From positions 1,620,001 through 1,652,000 of the forward strand of contig NC_006624.1 of the NCBI RefSeq assembly GCF_000009965.1: 32,000 bases of DNA, read 5' to 3'. Source of the stretch: Thermococcus kodakarensis KOD1. GTDB lineage: Archaea; Methanobacteriota_B; Thermococci; Thermococcales; Thermococcaceae. The notes below the pieces were generated by a model, which saw nothing but the letters and a program-made list of their open reading frames with translations, had not been told where the DNA came from and searched no databases. The first letter of the stretch is position 1. Each line of letters begins with the position of its first letter. Shown here one piece after another: positions 27,225 through 32,000 of this stretch. The translations under genes and the position numbers were made by a program.

Positions 27225-30200
27225 AGGCCTCCCAGCGCTTTTCTTAGGATTTCCACGGCTTCCTTCTCAATCAGGAACGCCTTTCTTATGTCCCAGAGAC
27301 GTGGAATCCGCCTTGTGGGCGACTCGAAGTTCCACAGGTTCGCCCTGATGTCCTCCAAGTTATCCGCTCCCCATGCACCCAACATCAAAGCCGTCGCGTT
27401 GTCATTGAGTTCCAATGCCAATTGTATGGTTTCGTTATCAACCCCCAAGACCGTTGCGTTCTCGTAGAGCTCAAAGAACTCGGTACGGTGATTGAAGAAC
27501 CAAGTGGTCCACAGGCACGACAGCTTAATCCAGATATCGTACGTGGACTGGGTGTTGACCTTTATCGTTACACTCCTGACCTCTGTGCTAAACCAGTTCC
27601 CAAGGGAATCCCTGCCCCATACCCTAAGGGTGTAGAGTCCGTTCTTTAATCCCGTCATGTTGAAGTACCAATTAGTGCCCGAAGCGTTGTTCATAGTGAA
27701 GTTCTTTCCATCCCACTCCAGTAGGGCAGACTCTAGAGGCTGACTGGACGTGACGTTAATGAAAACGCTGTCGGAGTTCAATACGTCACCATCCCCTGGA
27801 GTCGGGGGAACGAAGGACAGGGTTATCGTCCTGTTGACGGCAATCGTTCTAATACCACTGGCGAACCAGTTCCCCAAGGAATCTCTGCCCCAAGCCCTAA
27901 ACGTATAACGACCGTTTGTCAGATTGGTCACGTTTAGATACCAGCTCGTGTTCGATAGCATTTCCATGGTGAGATTCTGGCCGTTCCACTCCAGCTTGGC
28001 AACCTGTAGAGGCTGACCAGAGGTAACGTTCACTAGAACATAATCAGTGTTAACCACCGCACCGTCTTCCGGAGTCGGAGGAGCAAAGGACAGCACGACC
28101 GTTGAATTCACGGTGACGGTTCTAACCTCAGTGCTAAACCAGTTTCCAAGAGAATCTCTGCCCCAAGCTCTGAACTCATAGTGGCCGTTTGTTAGCCCCG
28201 TTATATTCAAGTACCAATTCGTGCTTGACGTATTGTGCATGGTAAGATTGTGCCCGTTCCATTCCAGTAGGGCAATCTCGAGAGGCCGGTCTGAGGTAAC
28301 GTTTACGAAAACGTAGTCGGAGTTTATTGAACTGTTATTCTTGGGAGTTGGCGAGACAAAGGATAGCGAAATCGTCCTGTTTACAGCAATGCTCCTGACT
28401 CCACTGCTAAACCAGTTCCCCAGCTGATCCTCTCCCCATGCTCTAAACGTGTAGTATCCATTCGTTAAGTTGGTCATCTCAATGTACCAGTTCGTATTGG
28501 ATGCACTCTGCATGGTGAGGTTCCGTCCGTTCCATTCCAGCAGAACAGTTTTTAGAGGCCGACCTGAGCTTACGTTTATCAGAACTCTATCGGTGTCCAC
28601 AACAGCGCCATTCTCAGGAGTCGGGGGGACAAAGGAAAGAACGACTGTTGAATTCACTGTGATTGTCCGTGCTTCACTGCTAAACCAGTTTCCAAGAGAA
28701 TCATTACCCCAGACCCTAAAGGTGTAGTGGCCGTTTGAAAGACCCGTTAGAGCCAAATACCAACTCTCACTAGACTCTCTGTGCATTGTGAAATTCTCTC
28801 CATCCCACTCCACTACGGCAGACTCAAGGGGCTGGCTTGAAGTGACGTTTATGACGACGCTATCAACATTCACCACTGCACCATCAGCCGGAGTTGGCGG
28901 GACAAAAGACAAGAAGATCGTCCTGTTCACGGTAACAGTTCTAACCTCACTGGCAACCCATTTCTCCGATAAATCCTTGCCCCAGACTTTGAAAGTGTAC
29001 TCTCCGTTTGTTAGGTCAGTGACATTAAAGTACCAGTTAGTATCTGAGGCTTTATCCATCGTGATGTTCTCACCGTTCCACTCCAGCTTTGCACTCTCCA
29101 AAAGGTTGTTGGAGGTCACGTTGACAAAAACGTAGTCCGATGTTAGCACGCTACCGTTCTCTGGAGTTGGAGACGTGAAAGATAACTCAGTGGGGCCAGC
29201 GTAGTAGTACTGGGTCTCGACTACGGCGTTCGTGTCTTGAGGGATAACGTTGGTAAACTTCTCTGAAACACTCGTATCATAGGGAGTTGGAGTATAACTA
29301 GATGAGATGGCGTTCGTGGCACCTACTATTGCATTGCTATCACTTACATGAAAACCCAAGTTCCTAATACCCTCAGAAGGGAGGTACCCATCGGGGAGAA
29401 TGCGAAGAGCCCAAACATCATAGTTACCCGCGCCGAAGCTTTCAGTAAAACCTGCTACGATAATATCTCCATTTGGGGCCATGGCAACTACATTAGCCCT
29501 ATCTCGAAGGTTCCCTCCGTAGGTTTTTTGCCATACAATATTCCCATTCCCATCGAGCCTGAGAACCCAAACATCAGACCTGCCAGCGCCAAAGCTGTAA
29601 GTGTAACCTGCTACAATAATATCCCCGCTGTTAGTTACGGCGACCGCGTTGGCCTCGTCTTCGCTGTTTCCCCCATAAGTCTTCTGCCATATGACATTAC
29701 CGTTCCCATCAAGCCTGAAAACCCAAAAATCACCATTAGTACCAAAACCCCAAGTGTATCCTGCTACAACGATGTCCCCGTTATCAATGGCAACTGAAGT
29801 AGCCTCATCTGCAGCCCTACTAATACCCCAGGATTTCTGCCACTCAAAATCACCGTTCCCATTAAGTTTGAGAACCCAAAAATCAGAATTAGTGCCAGCT
29901 ACTATAATATTCCCATTCGAATCAATAGCAACGGCGTTGATAACGGCGTAAAATCTGTAAGCTTTTTGCCATACAATATTGCCGTTTCCATCAAGCTCGA
30001 GAACCCAGGTATAGCCTCCATATGTACCAGCTACGACAATGTTCCCATTTTGAGTTATAGCGACTGCATCAGCCTCATCGTCGTTGTTTCCCCCGTAGGT
30101 TTTCTGCCATACAATATTCCCATTCCCATCAAGTCTGAGAACCCAAACATCTTTATCCCCTGCCTCAGTGCTGTTAGTGTATCCAACAACAATAATATCT

Positions 30201-30553
30201 CCGGTGGTATTATCTACGACAGCCGAGTTAGCCCAATAACTATCTCGCTCCCCGTAGGTTTTCTGCCATACAATATTCCCATTCCCATCGAGCCTGAGAA
30301 CCCAAACATCAGCGTCAGAGCCTCTCCAATCGGTTCCCCCATAGTGGCCCACTAAGATTATATCCCCGTTTGGAGCGAGGGCAACCGCGTTAGCTTCATC
30401 ATAACCGCTTCCTCCATAGCTCCGAGCCCAAGGTGTTGGTTCTTTTTGAAGTATGCCTAACGCTTCTGCGTAGTTCTCATAGAAGACTGGAACTGCACCC
30501 AAACTTACCAAAAACAAAAGAACTAGTCCAAAGCTTACCAACTTCTTCATCAC
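27221..30553 (-). CDS. large secreted surface protein: signal peptide, 7 beta-propeller-type blades, linker, 6 tandem Ig-like domains, novel C-terminal domain
   Basis: 1110 aa with the N-terminal signal MMKKLVSFGLVLLFLVSLGAVPV. There are seven W(Q)K(T)YGG...D.A.AV....G.IIVAG...D.WVLRLDGNGN units, then six 91-aa LSFxPPTP...NVTS...EWNG.NxTM...WY.N.T.LTNG.Y.FR.WG.D.LGNW....R...VN units. The 108-aa C-terminal domain has no TM anchor. The stop codon overlaps the stop of the convergent gene. Confidence 0.85.
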   Translation of the reverse strand: MMKKLVSFGLVLLFLVSLGAVPVFYENYAEALGILQKEPTPWARSYGGSGYDEANAVALAPNGDIILVGHYGGTDWRGSDADVWVLRLDGNGNIVWQKTYGERDSYWANSAVVDNTTGDIIVVGYTNSTEAGDKDVWVLRLDGNGNIVWQKTYGGNNDDEADAVAITQNGNIVVAGTYGGYTWVLELDGNGNIVWQKAYRFYAVINAVAIDSNGNIIVAGTNSDFWVLKLNGNGDFEWQKSWGISRAADEATSVAIDNGDIVVAGYTWGFGTNGDFWVFRLDGNGNVIWQKTYGGNSEDEANAVAVTNSGDIIVAGYTYSFGAGRSDVWVLRLDGNGNIVWQKTYGGNLRDRANVVAMAPNGDIIVAGFTESFGAGNYDVWALRILPDGYLPSEGIRNLGFHVSDSNAIVGATNAISSSYTPTPYDTSVSEKFTNVIPQDTNAVVETQYYYAGPTELSFTSPTPENGSVLTSDYVFVNVTSNNLLESAKLEWNGENITMDKASDTNWYFNVTDLTNGEYTFKVWGKDLSEKWVASEVRTVTVNRTIFLSFVPPTPADGAVVNVDSVVINVTSSQPLESAVVEWDGENFTMHRESSESWYLALTGLSNGHYTFRVWGNDSLGNWFSSEARTITVNSTVVLSFVPPTPENGAVVDTDRVLINVSSGRPLKTVLLEWNGRNLTMQSASNTNWYIEMTNLTNGYYTFRAWGEDQLGNWFSSGVRSIAVNRTISLSFVSPTPKNNSSINSDYVFVNVTSDRPLEIALLEWNGHNLTMHNTSSTNWYLNITGLTNGHYEFRAWGRDSLGNWFSTEVRTVTVNSTVVLSFAPPTPEDGAVVNTDYVLVNVTSGQPLQVAKLEWNGQNLTMEMLSNTSWYLNVTNLTNGRYTFRAWGRDSLGNWFASGIRTIAVNRTITLSFVPPTPGDGDVLNSDSVFINVTSSQPLESALLEWDGKNFTMNNASGTNWYFNMTGLKNGLYTLRVWGRDSLGNWFSTEVRSVTIKVNTQSTYDIWIKLSCLWTTWFFNHRTEFFELYENATVLGVDNETIQLALELNDNATALMLGAWGADNLEDIRANLWNFESPTRRIPRLWDIRKAFLIEKEAVEILRKALGGL
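27548..29185 (-). repeat. in-frame tandem array, 6 x 273 bp (91-aa Ig-like units)
   Basis: Unit boundaries fall at 29185, 28912, 28639, 28366, 28093 and 27820 (the first base of each LSF codon block on the reverse strand). I checked the CTG TCC TTT codons at 28093-28085. Confidence 0.85.
29390..30433 (-). repeat. seven degenerate about 45-50-codon propeller-blade repeats, including near-identical 59-nt DNA segments
   Basis: Segments 29519-29577 and 30254-30312 differ at 1 of 59 positions, and 30095-30151 is closely related. All three encode ..VWVLRLDGNGNIVWQKTYG. Confidence 0.8.
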
Positions 30554-30666
30554 AAGACGTCACCTTCCCGCCATATTGATTAAAAGAGCTTAAATACATT
30601 TCTAGGAACCACAAACCAGCGCACTAAGAACCGTAGAAAAACAAATCAGAAAGAGAGGAAAAGAAA

Positions 30667-32000
30667 TCACAGATACCTCTCCTTCACCCAGCGGACGAAG
30701 TAGTCTGGGTTCAGCTCCTCGCCGAGGGCCTTCTGGAGGAGCTCCTTCGGCGGGTAGATGCTTCCCCAGCGGTGTATCCTCTCCCTGAGCCAGGCCTTTA
30801 TCGGCTCGAACTCGGCCCTTGCAACCTTCTCCTCGAAGTCCGGGATGTCGCGCTTCATGTGGTAGTATATCTGGCTCGCGAGGAGCGTGCCTATGCTGTA
30901 GGTCGGGAAGTAGCCGATAGTTCCGTGGGCCCAGTGGATATCCTGGAGGATTCCCTCGGCGTAGGTCTTCGGCCTGATTCCGAGGAGCCTCTCCATCTCC
31001 TCGTTCCAGAGCTCAGGTAAGTCTTTCGCCTTAACGCCCTCGTTGAGCATCATCCTCTCGAGCTTGAAGCGGAGGAGTATGTGGAAGTTGTAGGTAACGA
31101 CATCCGCTTCAGTCCTTATGAAGTCCGGTCTGACTATGTTGAAGTAGAGGTAAACGTCTTCGGGCGTGTAGTTCGCCATGAACGGGAGGTTCTCCTTAAG
31201 CACCGGGTAGATTAAGCCGGCGAACTCCCTTGAACGGCCGATTATGTTCTCCCAGAAGCGGCTCTGGCTCTCATGGATTCCGAGGGAGACACCGCCGGCT
31301 ATCGGGCTGAACATAAACCTCTCGTCCTGCTGGAGCTCGTAGAGTGCATGCCCAAACTCGTGGACGGTGCTGAGAATGGTTCTCCTGAAGTCGTAGCCCT
31401 CGTATCTGGTAGTTATCCTCACATCCCTTATTCCGAACTCGGTGGTGAAGGGGTGAGCAGAAACGTCGAGCCTTGAGCGGACTCCAAGCGGGAAGCCGAA
31501 CTTCTGGAGTATCCAGAGGTTTACCCTCTCCATCTGCTCCCTCTCATAGCGCTCCTTCTCGAGCGGGTGCTCCCTGGGCACTTTGCCCTCTTCCATGATT
31601 TTCTCAAGGAGCGGCTTCAGCTCCTTCTCAAGCTTGTCGAACATCTTCTCGACTTCCTTCGTGGTGAGGCCCTCCTCGAAGAGGTCGAGCAGGGCATCGT
31701 AGGGCTCGTCCTCGTAGCCGAGATAGTCAGCGGCCCTCTTGGCAAGGTCTATGATTCTGTCAAGCCACGGCTCGAACTTGGAGAAGTCGTCGCTCCTCTT
31801 GGCCTCTTCCCAGGCCTTAGTGGCCTGGCTCGTGACCTCGCTCATCTCCCTGAGGAACTCGGGCGGGAATGACTTGCTTATCCTTATCGAGCGGTCGAGG
31901 ACACGAACAACGCCGCGCTCGTACTCGTTAAGGCCCTCTATCCCCTTGGCCTTCTCGACAAGCTCGACGAACTCGGGCTTGAGCAGGAACTCCTGAGAGA
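30667..32000 (-). CDS. M32 carboxypeptidase (Taq / Pyrococcus PfuCP type), N-terminus beyond window end
   Basis: It has HEFGHALYE (HExxH), GIHESQSRFWEN and IRTEADVVTYNFHILLRF. The reading frame stays open upstream of the track's ATG (31845) to the window edge (..LLKPEFVELVEKAKGIEGLNEYERGVVRVLDRSIRISKSFPPEFLREMSEV..). Confidence 0.9.
   Translation of the reverse strand, partial: SQEFLLKPEFVELVEKAKGIEGLNEYERGVVRVLDRSIRISKSFPPEFLREMSEVTSQATKAWEEAKRSDDFSKFEPWLDRIIDLAKRAADYLGYEDEPYDALLDLFEEGLTTKEVEKMFDKLEKELKPLLEKIMEEGKVPREHPLEKERYEREQMERVNLWILQKFGFPLGVRSRLDVSAHPFTTEFGIRDVRITTRYEGYDFRRTILSTVHEFGHALYELQQDERFMFSPIAGGVSLGIHESQSRFWENIIGRSREFAGLIYPVLKENLPFMANYTPEDVYLYFNIVRPDFIRTEADVVTYNFHILLRFKLERMMLNEGVKAKDLPELWNEEMERLLGIRPKTYAEGILQDIHWAHGTIGYFPTYSIGTLLASQIYYHMKRDIPDFEEKVARAEFEPIKAWLRERIHRWGSIYPPKELLQKALGEELNPDYFVRWVKERYL

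Noticed and set aside
27548-29185. Regular 273-bp periodicity that could suggest a CRISPR-like or satellite array
   Set aside because: The units are in frame, contiguous without spacers, diverged at the protein level and part of one long ORF. No short direct repeats or cas genes are present.
29348-30355. + strand ORFs with a striking repeated peptide PYNIPIPIEPENPNI
   Set aside because: The repeats are the reverse-complement reading of the propeller-blade repeats (..VWVLRLDGNGNIVWQKTYG..) of the 1110-aa reverse-strand gene. The reverse frame is uninterrupted and has a signal peptide.

Overview
This 32 kb window looks like a chromosomal segment of a Thermococcus/Pyrococcus-type hyperthermophilic archaeon. 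Supporting signs are AGG/AGA/ATA-rich codon usage, GGTGA-type ribosome-binding sites, A/T-rich TATA boxes about 25-35 nt upstream of starts, a perfect Thermococcales glycolytic motif, and tightly packed, often overlapping genes. All family calls come from motif recognition by eye; no searches were run.

Gene order, left to right:
- GH57 4-alpha-glucanotransferase (truncated by the window edge) with a TGM operator
- dolichol-kinase-like membrane protein, HAD hydrolase, small DUF131-like membrane protein, cation/H+ antiporter
- PLP decarboxylase (MfnA/aspartate decarboxylase type)
- RHH antitoxin plus a frameshifted MazF/PemK toxin
- CDF metal transporter
- two tandem C/D box sRNA candidates, not in the ORF track
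- TasA/camelysin-like secreted protein, MOP/Wzx flippase, site-2 protease, TtuA/NcsA tRNA thiolase
- DUF4143 AAA ATPase, a small ORF, and an AT-rich KaiC/RecA-like protein lacking a P-loop
- membrane protein plus wHTH regulator operon
- a galactoside cluster: GH1 beta-glycosidase, GalT, MFS, GH57 alpha-galactosidase, GalK
- membrane protein, DUF460 (RNase H-fold) protein, small hypothetical, pyroglutamyl peptidase, geranylgeranyl-reductase-like flavoprotein, ASCH protein
- a convergent pair of heavily sequon-decorated surface proteins: an alpha/alpha-toroid protein with a broken frame, and a 1110-aa propeller plus 6x Ig-like repeat protein
- M32 carboxypeptidase (truncated by the window edge)

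The most interesting items are:
- the unannotated C/D sRNA pair
- the surface-protein pair
- the low-GC pseudo-ATPase islet
- the orphan TasA-like gene
- three separate reading-frame disruptions
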